Of a DNA stretch of 64,000 nucleotides, positions 24,017 through 37,115 are shown in pieces; positions within the stretch are counted from its first letter, which is position 1, and each line of letters opens with the position of its first letter. Made by a program: the position numbers and the translations under genes. The notes beneath the pieces are model-generated. The model had not been told where the DNA came from and did not search any database. It saw only the letters and a list, made by a program, of their open reading frames with translations. Source of the DNA: Octopus sinensis (taxonomy: Eukaryota); assembly GCF_006345805.1 (NCBI RefSeq), contig NC_043006.1:105648001-105712000 (forward strand), in the 5' to 3' direction.

Positions 24017-25089
24017 ATATATATATAATATTAGGGAGTATATCCAAACTTACAGGGAAAAATTAGATTTAGGATTGAATCAAATTTCACAGTAAATATA
24101 AATTAAATTAGAGATAAAACCACTATTAGTTGCCTAATAGTGGTTTTATATGTATACCAACAGACACACACACACGCACGCACACACGCAAACACACCCA
24201 CATATTCAATATATATATTTACCTTTATAATTAAATCTACTGTTTGATTAACATTTAGGTAGTTTCCCGAAGTAGATATGTTCGGTATTTCTCTTACCTT
24301 ACGCCAACAGGTATAAAACTGAATTTACTTAGCGATTTGCTCGTTAATTTGTCGCTAAGTTATGAAGAAGTTATGCTTCACTGAAGAGCATTCAAAGAAA
24401 GGCGAAAAACGTCCCGAGTTTTATCCCATATTCATTAATGCATAAGCAAATAAACAAGCATGAACGTTATTTATTATTAATATTGCTTTTCTTTTACCAC
24501 CTATACTGATATACCCAGATCGTTAAATGTTCTGATTACAAAATATAATTTTGCTTACGTAACTGACTGATTGTCATTTAGACGACGCCCTAAAATAAAA
24601 TAAATGTATCATATTTTCTCGTATTTTATATTAATAAGTGTTATTCGATGATATGCCCGTTAATTTTTCCACAACTTAGGAGGGGTTACGCTTCGATGAT
24701 AAACATTTAATGGGAAACGAATCGCATTTTGTACATATCGTTGAAAAATTAATTATTGTTATTTGACTAATATTGTCATTGTTACTGCATATGTGAATAT
24801 AATTTAAATAACCAACGGTCTGAGATAGAAATATATTAAAGGTAGTCAAAATTGTGTCTACAGTTGTGTAGACACGGTTAGCTCTGTTCTTGCCCACCTC
24901 CAGGCCCAGCCTCACAAAGCATACCTACGATGTCTCAGTTTTGATCATCCTTTCAGTTTTTTCACCTTATCCACTGTGTTCTTCCATTTTAAAATACTAT
25001 AATGGGAACTCGGTTGCTATTTCTAACTGATCAAGTGACCGGTTAGACATTTAGTAGATTTTGGTGTATTTGTAAAGTGTAATGATGCA

Positions 25090-25410
25090 ACCGTGTAGTG
25101 GTCTCATAGTGTAGAGGTTTTATAGTGTAGTGGTTAATAGTATAGTGGCTTGTGTTATATAATGGTGTAAAAATATCTTAGTGTAATAATGTAATGATGT
25201 AACAGTTATGCAAGTAATGTCATAAGGCAGTGCGATGGAATAACAGTGGAGTGGGGGTAATAGTGCAGTAGTATGATAATATGATAGTGATGTAATAGCT
25301 TACTATAGTGCAATAGTATAGTGGTATAATAATATAATCATGTAATAGTGTGATGTATTTGTGTTGCAAGGAATAGTAGTTGGATAGTGCTGCAATATTT
25401 ACAGTAGAGT
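25090..25410. repeat. Degenerate short-period (TAGTG/TAATR-like) tandem repeat
   Basis: Recurrent TAGTG, TAATA and GTAAT units. Confidence 0.5.
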
Positions 25411-25605
25411 TAGGGTGTCTTAATGTACGTATGTAGATATGTAGATATGTAGATATGTAGCAGTGTTAGCGAATTGGGCTGAGTTATTAGAATGTTGAAT
25501 AGATCACCCTGTGTTATTTGTTATACATACATATATAAACGCATATGTATGTGTGTATGTATGAGTATGTATGTATGTATGTACATATGTATGTATATAT
25601 GTATG

Positions 25606-25641
<36 letters not shown>

Positions 25642-25763
25642 ATGTATGTATATATATTTATATATATATGTGTATATATGTATATATGTATATGTATTTA
25701 TATATATATTATATATGTATATATGTATATATGTATATGTATATATTATATATATATATAATA

Positions 25764-25813
<50 letters not shown>

Positions 25814-27349
25814 TATTTGTATTATGTGTATATATTATATATATATTATATATATATATATTATATATATATATAATGTACTGATCGGTGATAGAAAATT
25901 CAACAAGTACTCCATCTGGTGAGAAATAAATATTATTTATTTAAAGGTCACAATACATGTATTAAAGCGCTATTAATGGTCTCATATGTCGAGAGAACTC
26001 AAACATATTTTTCAGGTGCAAACCACATGTCATAACGAACTAAAGAGATTGAATAACAGAAAAAAAACACGAAAAAAGTGTCTGCGTTTTCTATATGCTG
26101 CCTTCTGAGTTTTTCAGGTTTCTTCTATTAAAAAAAATATATATGTATATGTATATCTCTCTATATATAAAACTGAGAATGTCTGTCTGTCTGTCTGTGT
26201 GTTTCCCTAAAACTTGAGAACTACACAACTAATTTCATTCAAATTTTACACATGCCTTATTTAGGGTCCATGTAGATTCATGGGCAAAAAAAAATATTCA
26301 ACTTCTTGCCTGGGGCGAGCCCATAGCAATATCATATCTTTTCCGCTATTTCAGTATTACGTGTTAAAAGTGAAACAAAAACATTTCTCTATTTTATGTC
26401 AGATACTTTCACTTTAACACTAAAAATTAGAGATAATAATAACAATTGAAATATATGTAGTAAGTAATAATTAAAATCAAACTAAAGTATAATATAATCG
26501 TAACATAACAAAAGTAAAAATAGCAGTTGGTAAAAATTGCATCAATGACTTGAACTTGAATAAGTGGTTTCACATGAATGGGAATAAATAAAAAATAAAA
26601 TTGGTGTGCAGAAATGGAATAGTCCAGATGGAGCTGTACACATACCGTTTACCACGGCTTTTACATTAGATTATCTGCTAATTAGCTAGCATTAAGTATC
26701 TATATGAAGTTTGGCTGTATTTAATGTCTGTTTTCTCGAACAGCCGCTTCTACTGAGTACTGCTGTTGGTTTATTTCTTATACATAAAGGACTGCGTACT
26801 GCTTTTTAATTCACCGTAAAGTTTGTTGTTATTGTTATTACTGTTTAACTATTGTTATCACGTTTGTTGGTTCCTCGTCAGGGAAACGTTGTTGTGCTGC
26901 ATTTGTTAAATAATTGTAAACCGTAACCCTCCCCCTTTCGGAGAAGGGGCTTTGGTTATTGTTTAAAAATTGAATTGTGTCCCTGTTTGGGGAAATTGAC
27001 GATATTTTCACCGTCTTTACGGAAGCATTTTTGTTAAAATGCCTTCAATAGAAGAAAGTCCAAAAATGAATTTCGCTGCAGCCGTACACTTCTATACAAG
27101 AGGGAGGACAAGATCTAATTGATCGAAATTGCAAGAGACGGGCCTACAATTCCAGTCTGTTATATATTTTGAGTATTTTTATCACTGGCGTTATCAAGAT
27201 ATAACTTTGTATTTTGTATTTTATGGGTAGATGTATATATATAGATGTATATGTAATATGTACACACATATATACACATATATACATGCATAATATATCT
27301 ACCCATACACACATACGCACACACACACTCACACACACACACATACATA

Positions 27350-27486
27350 GGGGCAGGTATGGCTGTGTGGTAACAAACTACATTCCAAGCATATGGTCCT
27401 GGGTTCAGTCCCACTGTGTGGTGACTTGGCATGTGTCTTCTGCTGTAGCCTCAGACCAACAAAAGCCTTCTCAGTGGATTTTGTAC
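27350..27486 (+). mobile_element. tRNA-derived SINE inserted in the Helitron
   Basis: A-box-like TGGCTGTGTGG and B-box-like GGTTCAGTCCC; same family as 145-268. Confidence 0.65.
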
Positions 27487-27568
27487 ATATATACAGGCAT
27501 ACATACATATATATACTTGCATACGTACATATTCGGCATAATCACTCTACCACTACAACTAATAACTG

Positions 27569-30458
27569 TTGGGAACTCTTTCAAACCGGAATCTCAACGC
27601 CCGAGTTTTCCATCTGAAATTAATCTCTCTCATGGAGCTCATACAAAAAGGGCAAGTCTTTGGGCCCATACAATGTGACATGTACACAATCGAGTGGCAA
27701 AAAAGGGGCCTTCCACATGCTCATATCCTGCTTTGGCTCTCAGCGAAGATCAATTCCAATGACATCGACAAGATAATCTCTGAAGAGCTTCCTGATCCAG
27801 CTTTAGACAAAGAACTATACAAAATAGTTAAAGCAAACATGGTACATGGTCCACGTGGGCATGAATGCAACATAAACACACCATGCTGAAGGACAGCATA
27901 TGTTCAAAAAGATTTCCAAGGAGGTTCCTACAAGAAACTCAGACAGGTGCTGATGGGTATCCATCATACAGACGCAGAAAACCAGAAGACGGAGGTTTCA
28001 CAGCAACTATCGGACAGCACGATATTGATAATTGATGGATTGTTCCATTCTGCCCACTCCTGTCAAAGACTTTCAATGCCCACATCAACGTTGAGTTTTG
28101 CAACTCCGTTAAATCCATCAAGTACGTTTGCAAATATGTAAACAAGGGCTCTGACGCTGCAATGTTTGGACTTCAACAAGAATACTGCCAGGATGAGGTG
28201 ACGCATTATCAGGTGGGACGGTACATGAGTAGCAACGAGGCTTTCTGGCGCATCTTTGGCTTTCCAATTCACCATCGACACCCCACCATTCAACAGCTTG
28301 CAGTGCACCTGGAAAATGGTCAAAGAGTGTACTTCACCGATGCTTCTCTGTTGGCAGAGGAACCAAGGGATAGCACACTCACTGCATTCTTCAAGATTTG
28401 TCAAGTGGATCCAATCGCTCAAACCTTGCTGTATCACAGATTTCATCGTACTACACTTGGAATGGAAAAAAATGGGCCCCACGGAAAGCAGGTAAAAATG
28501 TTCATGGATACCCTGGCATTAAGTTTCACACTTGCCTTGGGCGAGTATACACAGTGCATTCCACTCAACAAGAGTGCTTCTACCTTCGTCGACTACTTCA
28601 TGAGGTCAGAGGGCCAACGTCTTTCCAGGCCCTAAAAACCGTTCATGGACATGTCTGCACAACATACAGAGAAGCCTGCTATCGACAAGGTCTGTTAGAA
28701 GATGGTGCACAATGGGATGCAACTTTAGGAGAGGCTGCTTTATCACAATCACCTAAAAGTCTCAGGGCACTATTTGCAGTATTACTACAGGCATGCGAAC
28801 TGTGTGATCCGGCCACTCTATGGCTCAAATATAGAGACAACCTGGCTGACGACTTCAGCGCCAAGCTCAACTGCTCTATCCTGACATGAGGGTATCAGCA
28901 ATGAAATCTATAACAAAATACTCATTGACATTGAAGACAGAATTGCTAAACTGGGTGGAAATGAATTGTCGACGTATGGCCTGCCACAAGCATTCAGGTC
29001 AGGGTCAAATAGCCTTCCCACTGCTGTCATTCGTGAAACAACCTACGACACTCAAGCGCTTTCAAAGTACATTGTTGAAAATGAGCCTAAATTACTTCCG
29101 GACCAGCTGCAGGCCTACAGAACTATTCTTAACAGTGTACGCCAACGTGAGGGACGAATCTTCTTCCTCGATGCTCCTGGAGGGACAGGAAAAACATTTA
29201 TTACAAAGCTTCTCCTTGCAGAAGATAGGCAGCATCAGGACATTGCAGTAGCTGTAGCCTCCTCTGGCATTGCAGCTACTTTGTTACCCGGTGGCAGGAC
29301 ATTACACTCAACTTTTAAACTCCCTCTCAATTTAGCAGCATCCGAAATGCCTTCATGCAACATCAACAAAAGCTCTGATCAGGGACAACTACTTAAAATA
29401 TGTCATCTAATTGTCTGGGATGAGTGCACTATGGCTCACAAGGGAGCTTTGGAAGCATTAGATAGAGCCCTGAAAGACATCCGAGACTGTCAGGCTCCAA
29501 TGGGAGGTGTAACGCTTCTGTTGTCAGGTGATTTCAGGCAAACTCTTCCTGTAATTCCGAAAGGCACCAGAGCAGGTGAAGTCCAAGCATGCCTAAAGTC
29601 CTCTACCCTGTAGCATCATGTTACAATCCTCAGTCTCACCACTAACATGAGAGCTCAACTACACGGCGACAAAATGTCCACAAAGTTTGCACAGGACATT
29701 TTGACACTTGGTGAAGGCAAGATGCCTCTCGACTCTGCAGGACAAATGGAAGTGTGGTCATTTTCCTCTGTTGTTTGTTAATTCTGTAGATGACCTAAAA
29801 CAAAGTCTTTCCCAACTTCACACAAAACTACCAAAATCACAATTGGCTGTGTGAAAGAGCAATATTAGCTCCAAAAAACGTCGCTGTTAACAAAATTAAT
29901 CAACAGCTAATGCATTCTCTTCCCGGCACTATACACACTTACAAGTCTGTTGATACAATTCCAGGTATAAATGAAGTTGTGAACTATCCTCCTGAATTTC
30001 TCAATTCACTGGAGCCTCCTGGACTATCTCCACACATATTAGCACTTAAAGTTGGAACTCCTGTAATGCTACTCCGCAATCTGGAACCACCAAGACTTTG
30101 CAATGGAACACGACTGGTGATAAAGAAAATGATGTCACACGTTATCGAGGCGACCATTCTTTCTGGATGTGGAAAAGGTGATGACGTCTTTATTCCAAGA
30201 ATTCCTCTTACTCCATCAGGACCAGAAATTCCATTTACATTCAGAAGACTGCAATTCCCCCTTCGTGTCAGCTTTGCCATGTCCATTAACAAATCTCAGG
30301 GTCAAACCCTCTCTGTAGCTGGTCTTCTCTTGGAAGAGCCCTGCTTCTCGCATGGGCAACCCTATGTTGGCTTCTCAAGAGTAGGAACCAAAAGAAACCT
30401 TTTTGTATATGCTCCACAAGGAAAAACAAGGAACATTGTTTACAACGAGGTATTATAA
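27569..30458 (+). pseudogene. Helitron Rep/PIF1-like helicase, disrupted
   Basis: HUH motif EWQKRGLPHAHILLW; KYV(C)KYVNKG tyrosine motif; helicase motifs FFLDAPGGTGKT, IVWDECTM, SGDFRQTLPVIP, QFPLRVSFAMSINKSQGQTL, FSHGQPYVGFSRV; multiple stops and frameshifts. Confidence 0.95.
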
Positions 30459-30540
30459 TCTCAACAGCCAGGAGGTATATACATGATCCCATTTTTTTTT
30501 AACAAACTTCATGTACTTTCATGTATTTATATTAATATAC

Positions 30541-30576
<36 letters not shown>

Positions 30577-31645
30577 ATCCATATATATATAACAGAAAAG
30601 TCTAATTCTTCAATTGAATGTAACCGGGCAACGCCGGGTATCCCTGCTAGTATATATATAACACCCTAATGGGAGACTTAACTCCCAAATTTTAGTCATT
30701 TCTTTTATGATCCAAAACTAGGTCAAAAGTACTGAATGGATCTTTATGAAATTTGGAAATTATATTCTAAGCATAAGGGCCATAACCCCCATGACAATTC
30801 ATATATTTTTGCTGCTGATGAAATTTTAACCGTAGATATTAGACACAAATGAAGTAATATTTATAAAATTTCATCTTCTTACAAAGTTAGAAAGACCCCT
30901 CCATGGGGACTTAACACCCATAATTTTGTCATTTTATCTAAGCAAAAACGAATACAGTTGTGCTCTTGGAAGCTGTAGGGTTACTCGAGCATAAAAGTTG
31001 GGCATTATTTCTAATTCAATGGTACAACAGTGTAATAGTTTGCTTTGACATACATTTACATTGTGATTTCTGCAATGTGGTGCATAAATTGTCAAGTAAA
31101 TGAGAGGCATCTTTGTCTCCACTGATTCAGTTGCAAAGTGTTGAGTAAAGTTATTTGATTGCAGGCCTCCTTTAAGTCTTTTTATTGTCACTCGGTCACA
31201 CATAGTCCCCAGATGGTAACATTGATTTCAAGGCCTTCCCAGATGAGTGACTGGTTATTCAAAGACATTTATAGATTTTAAATTCATTCTGTCCAGTTAC
31301 GTATCAGTATAGTGGTCATTTGAAAACTCTAGAGGTGACACTTTAATTTCTCCTAAGCCCTCACGCCACACAGTTGTTAATGTTGATTTCAGTTGGGTCA
31401 CGCCCTTCCAATTGCTATAGATTTGTAATGCATCTTACGGCTGTGTCTGTCACCTGGATGGTGAGGAATCCTACATTGGGACTGATAACGACTAGGGTAG
31501 GGTAACTGACTGCTTATTGTGATCATTAGTCTTTTGGTTTCCAAGTGGCACGATTACAATTTTTTAGGGTGTGTAAAGAGGGAAATAACTCTCATCTGCA
31601 ATTTTGATGAAATTCGAAACATAGATATTCCAGTTCATTCAGAAA

Positions 31646-31709
31646 ATATAACAGAAAAGTCTAATTCTTCAATTGAATGTAATCGGGCAACGCCGGGTAT
31701 CTCTGCTAG
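31646..31709 (+). mobile_element. Second Helitron 3' terminus
   Basis: ~64-bp near-identical copy of 30587-30650, ending in hairpin + CTAG|T. Confidence 0.85.
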
Positions 31710-31736
31710 TATATATATATATATATTATATATATA

Positions 31737-31799
<63 letters not shown>

Positions 31800-32026
31800 G
31801 AGTAAGCAAGGGAGAGAGAGAGAGAGAGGAGAAAGAGAGGCAGAAACAAGGAAAGTGCCCCTTGTATTTGAATACTATGCAAATATTCTTTTAAAAAACT
31901 TTTAATGTTTCCAAAATTTAGTTGTTTTCCATACTTACAGTTGAAAAAGTCTCAATGACTGAAACCGGTACTGAAATGTTTTTTATAAAATTATTTTAGC
32001 ATTTTCTACCTTGACTTTTTTCCATG

Positions 32027-32057
<31 letters not shown>

Positions 32058-32222
32058 GTGTGTGTGTGTGTGTTTTTATATATGTATATATAAATATATA
32101 TAATATATATATGTGTATATATAAATATATATATAATATATATATGGATGCATCTATGTCTCTATGTATGTCTGTGTATGTATGTCTATATGTATGTATG
32201 TATGTATGTATGCGTGTATGTA

Positions 32223-32562
32223 AATATTATCATTCGTAGTCAGTGGTCGCGACTCTGACTGCTCATGGTTTTTGCATGACTTGAGGACCTTTCTCCAAAC
32301 TTGTCGGTTTTTCACTTGAATTTGCCATTTATTAGGATCAGTTCCTCTCCATTTCATATTCCTTTTTGCAGTATCTGTGAATCTCAGCATAGGTTTTCCT
32401 CTTGTATAGCTGGGAGTAAAGGATTTGTCTGGAAAGTCTGCTGTTGTCTATCCTATATACTTTTTGAAACCAACATAAATTTCTATTGATGAGAAAATCC
32501 ATCATAAGAAGCAGACCAGCACGCTGGAGGATTCCTCCATTCCTGACCTTGTCAAACAACAG
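32223..32562 (-). mobile_element. RTE-clade LINE C-terminal fragment
   Basis: Minus-strand peptides [22 protein letters not shown] and LRFTDTAKRNMK...WQIQVKNRQVWR resemble the RTE/BovB C-terminus; abuts the TATC array. Confidence 0.65.
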
Positions 32563-32660
<98 letters not shown>

Positions 32661-32678
32661 ACCTATCCTATCTATCTC

Positions 32679-32752
<74 letters not shown>

Positions 32753-32811
32753 AGTCTGTCTGTCTGTCTGTCTGTGTATCTGTGTGTCTGTCTGTGTGTC
32801 TGTGTGTCTGT

Positions 32812-32854
<43 letters not shown>
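32563..32854 (+). repeat. (TATC)n compound array, 5' flank of A4
   Basis: Contains the signature TATC-AGTC-(TGTC)4-TGTG-TATC-TGTG...TGTT-TATC. Confidence 0.95.
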
Positions 32855-32855
<1 letters not shown>

Positions 32856-33830
32856 GCTCTCAAGCAACTCTGGCCGTCCTGGGTCGACCTTAAGTGACTT
32901 CCAACACAACCAAAGCATTCTATAGGGTTTAGTGGAGGGGAGGTACGACGACGAGCTCGGGGCGAACCTGGACGTCGACGAGGAGTACCTGACCCGCCTG
33001 TTCGGACGACTTTCGGGCCAGGGCCATGGACAATTCCAGAGATCCTTGGCCTGGCATGCTACCGAGAAGCGCTACCCGTTCGGGATAAGCTCTACAGACA
33101 CGGCTCGAGAAACACGGGGCCGACCTGCCCGAGATGCGGTCAGAGCGACGAAACCGTCTGCACGCACTCGTTCAGTGTCCAAAATTTCCGACTGTGGGCT
33201 CTTATGTCGAACAACTGCTGTCACGTGTGGAGACGAGTCGGTTTATCAGCTGAGTCTAATCGTCAATATTGTCACGCCTCCTTCCTTCAAACGGGAAGAG
33301 AAGAGCTATTTTCATCATCCTTGTGGCTATGGCGAAAGAATGTATCTGGTGGACGCGTCTGAAAGGATTGGAGACAAACCACTTTCCTCTCTGGTCAATC
33401 TCTCACAACTTCTTCAAGTACCACTTGAAAGGAAAGAGAGAGAGAGGGCAGTTTTGTCTAGCGAAATGTTTTAAAAAAAGATGGGTGAATGTAGCAAGAA
33501 TGGCAACGTATGAATGACGAAGCCACTTGAGCATAGTCTATGAACCCAGAAACGAAAACAGAGAGTTGCTTATTTGCAAAAAAAAAAAAAAAAAAGAAAT
33601 ATGAAATGCGACTTCATTGACCGAGGTTACCGTGGTTCTTTTCGTAGGCTTCTTTTCCACGGGTAAACCTCACCTGTCCTCCCTTTACACTTCATATTGA
33701 CATTTCTGTGATAACGATCCCCTTGATCAATTTTTTTTTTTTTTTTTTTTTTTTTAAACCTTCAAAAGAAAAGCTCTACCTTGTAATTTGTTCTATCTGT
33801 GTGCAGCCCTGTGTGGCTAATAAAGAAACA
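32855..33830 (+). mobile_element. Tx1 family A, 5'-truncated copy A4
   Basis: Matches the 3' part of A1/A2 with many 1-bp indels; ends ...GGCTAATAAAGAAACA|TATC. Confidence 0.9.
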
Positions 33831-34118
33831 TATCTATCTATCTATCTATCTATCTATATATCTATCTATCTGTCTATCTATCTATCAGTCTGTCTGTTGT
33901 CTGTCTGTGTATCTGTTGTGTATTGTGTGTCTGTGTTTCTGTGTGTCTGTGGGTCGTTATCTATCTATCTATCTATCTTCATCTATCTATCTATCTCTCT
34001 ATCTATTCTATCTATCTATCTATCTATCTCTTATCTATCTATCTATCTCTCTATCTATCTTATCTATCTATCTCTCTATCTCTCTATCTCTCTATCTATC
34101 TATCTAACTATCTATCTA

Positions 34119-34204
<86 letters not shown>
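33831..34204 (+). repeat. Noisy (TATC)n compound spacer between A4 and A5
   Basis: Direct reading; contains the AGTC signature near 33887. Confidence 0.9.
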
Positions 34205-34206
<2 letters not shown>

Positions 34207-34959
34207 GTGGGCTTATGTCGAACAACTGCTGTCACGTGTGGGACGAGTCGGTTTATCAGCTGAGTCTATCGTTAATATTGTCACGCCTCCCTCCTTCAAA
34301 CGGGAAGGAAGAGCTATTTTCATCATCCTTGTGGCTATGGCGAAAGAATGTATCTGGTGGACGCGTCTGAAAGGATTGGAGACAAACACTTTCCTCTCTG
34401 GTCAATCTCTCATCAACTTCTTCAAGTACCACTTTGAAAGGAAAGTGAGAGTAGAGAGGCAAGTTTTGTCTAGCGAAGTTATGTTTTAAAAAAGATGGGT
34501 GAATGTAGCAAGAATGGCACGTATGAATGACGAAGCCACCTTGAGCTTAGTCCTATGAACCCAGAAATCGAAAACAGAGAGTTGCTTATTTGCAAAAAAA
34601 AAAAAAAAAGAAATATAACATGTGACTCCATGACCGAGGTTACCGTGGTCTTTTCCGTAGGCTTTTCTTTCCACGGGTAAACCTCACCTGTTCTCCCCTT
34701 TACACTTCATATTGACATTTCTGTGATAACGATCCCTATTGGTCAATTTTTTTTTTTTTTTTTTTTTTCTTTTTTCTTCCTCTCCCCCTTTTTTTTAACC
34801 CCCCTTTTTTGTCCTCTTTCTCTCCTTTTACGATCCCTTTTGATCGAAACTCCCCTTCCTATTTTTTTTTTTTTTTTTTTTTTTTAAACCTTCAAAAGAA
34901 AAGCTCTACTTTGTAATTTGTTCTATCTGTGTGCAGCCTGTGTGGCTAATAAAGAAACA
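34205..34959 (+). mobile_element. Tx1 family A, 5'-truncated copy A5
   Basis: Starts TGTGGGCTTATGTCGAAC; same 3' end as A1/A2/A4; followed by only ~19 bp of TATC before C2. Confidence 0.9.
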
Positions 34960-35178
34960 TATCTATCTATCTATCTATTGACAGATGTGATGTCGTTTCA
35001 GCTCCGAAGGTAATCATTTATTTTGACTATTTATAGGCCATTTTTGTGTAGATTTTGGCAAATAAGGTGTGTAAGGCAACCAACTTTCATTTGAGTGCTT
35101 TTCCAAGGGAGGAATTCGCCCCTAGGGGCAGTTTTCGACCCCATTTCATTTCTGTTATTTTCTTCTCGACATTAGAAA

Positions 35179-37058
35179 ATGTCTAGAAATTTTATTGTTG
35201 AACGCTGGTCGCGTTCTTTTTATGGAACAAACATTTTTCATTAGTCTGGAAGACAGAGAAAAAAAAGAACGTTCGCACGGAAAATGCCAACGTGAAATTC
35301 GGTGAAAGGAACGCTGCAACCACGTGCGTTAACAGCCCTGTCACCACCGCCACCACCACCACTAACAACAGCAACCACGAGACAACAACTGCTACCACCA
35401 CCACCTCCACCACCACCCCACCACTACCACGACCAACATAAATGATTAAAAATAAAACTGAAACGAAAACTATTGACAAAAAACAACAGCACACAAGAAC
35501 AACAATAAAAATGAACTATCTAATAGTGAAGATGCCAATACAAAAAGTCAACAACAGTAAATGTCGCAGATATTCTTCGCCAGAAAAAGGAGATTGTTAC
35601 ATTCACAAATGAAGAGCTCATAGAAACAAGAGCTCTCTTTAACAACCCGTGGACAAGATTAGTCCTGCATAACCTCAACATATAAAACAAGAAATTGAAA
35701 ATAAGACAATTGTATATAAAATTATTAGAAAAAACAAAAAACCAAATGAACAGATTACAAAAACTGATGTGGAGAAATGTTAAAAAAATATAAGAAAGAA
35801 AAAGAGTATATAAACTGGGGTCCCCAGTTTAAACACAGTAGTGGTCCGCTTCCCTAACCAGGAAGTGGCAAAAAGCTCACTCTACTGAGTCTCTGGGAAA
35901 TGATGAAATCATCATGTCCCTTATTATAAAAAACCAGAGGGTGAGTAGAATTACTATCAGAAATGTACCCCCCCCGATATGCCGAACAAATGGATAACAG
36001 GGGCAATCTGTTACCACTTGAAAAAGATCAATATTCTAGAAACAGCCGTGTACCTAAACGACAATTGGGGTGGAAAAACAGTAGTTGTGACCATCCAGAG
36101 GAGGGGCCTCTATCGAGAGCCTACCCGACAAGAATACTTGGAGAATGGGCAATGCCTATATGTTATGGCAGAAGGCAAAAAGCCTAGATGCTACAAATGT
36201 GGCAGCCCGAACATTTGATTGCCAAGTGCGATCTGGTACAGAAAAAACAAGAAAGAACAATTCAGAAAACAAATAAAATCCCTTTGTTGCCACCACAACA
36301 CCAACACACTCAATTATGGAACAACGCCAAGAAAAAACAACAAACCAGCAACCAAACCCCAACAACATCACCAAGAAAAACAGTACCAACACAATCACCG
36401 TTGACGTCACAACCAATTAAACTTGTTGAATCTTCAAAAAATCGCCCCACACCCACACCCAGGACGACAATTAAGAGACAGAAAACACTGACGAGAAGAC
36501 AAATGCTACCCCTAACACCCAAACAACACAAACACCGCACAAAACATCAACAATTTATACAAGCATAATAGTGATCCTGTTCTTTTCCTCTACCCCATAC
36601 TGATACCTCGGACGACGAAAGTTTCGACGGAATGGCAAATAGCCAGGGGGGTAAAAGAAAAGATCCAAAAAATCCACCAAACAAGGAATAAAGCAGGGAG
36701 ATATCTCACTCAGGACAAACATTCCCTAGACAATCAAAAAAGTAATGAACCGTAAAACCACACACACAACTAACTGCAATAGACACAGACAATAAAGAAT
36801 TAATGGACTACATCAAATCTAACATGGTCGTCTGTGAAGATGATTTTAAGACAAACAATCATCCGCACACCACACCACCGAAACACATCAGAATTTTTAC
36901 ACATACACAAGCACAACACCACACACTGAAAACATTATTTCCGAATGCGGTAGGCGGGTATCAACGATACCTGTCGAAAAAACTATACAAACACCTCATC
37001 AAAAAACGATACAAAAGAAGAAGAAGAAAAAATGAAGCTTTTTAAAATGAGTAAGTGA
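35179..37058 (+). pseudogene. Tx1 ORF1 of C2, heavily frameshifted
   Basis: Same start and zinc-knuckle region as C1 (AEGKKPRCYKCG); C-terminal block 36803-37045. Confidence 0.8.
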
Positions 37059-37115
37059 CCTCACTTCTTGCCTCTTGTCTCTTCTAATATAGTGTGTAAA
37101 AAACAATTTTCGTAA

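Larger units (their letters stand above)
26156..30650 (+). mobile_element. Helitron (rolling-circle transposon), internally deleted and decayed
   Basis: 5' A|TC terminus; RepHel remnants; 3' imperfect hairpin ACCGGGCAACGCCGGGT followed by CTAG|T at 30647-30650. Confidence 0.9.
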
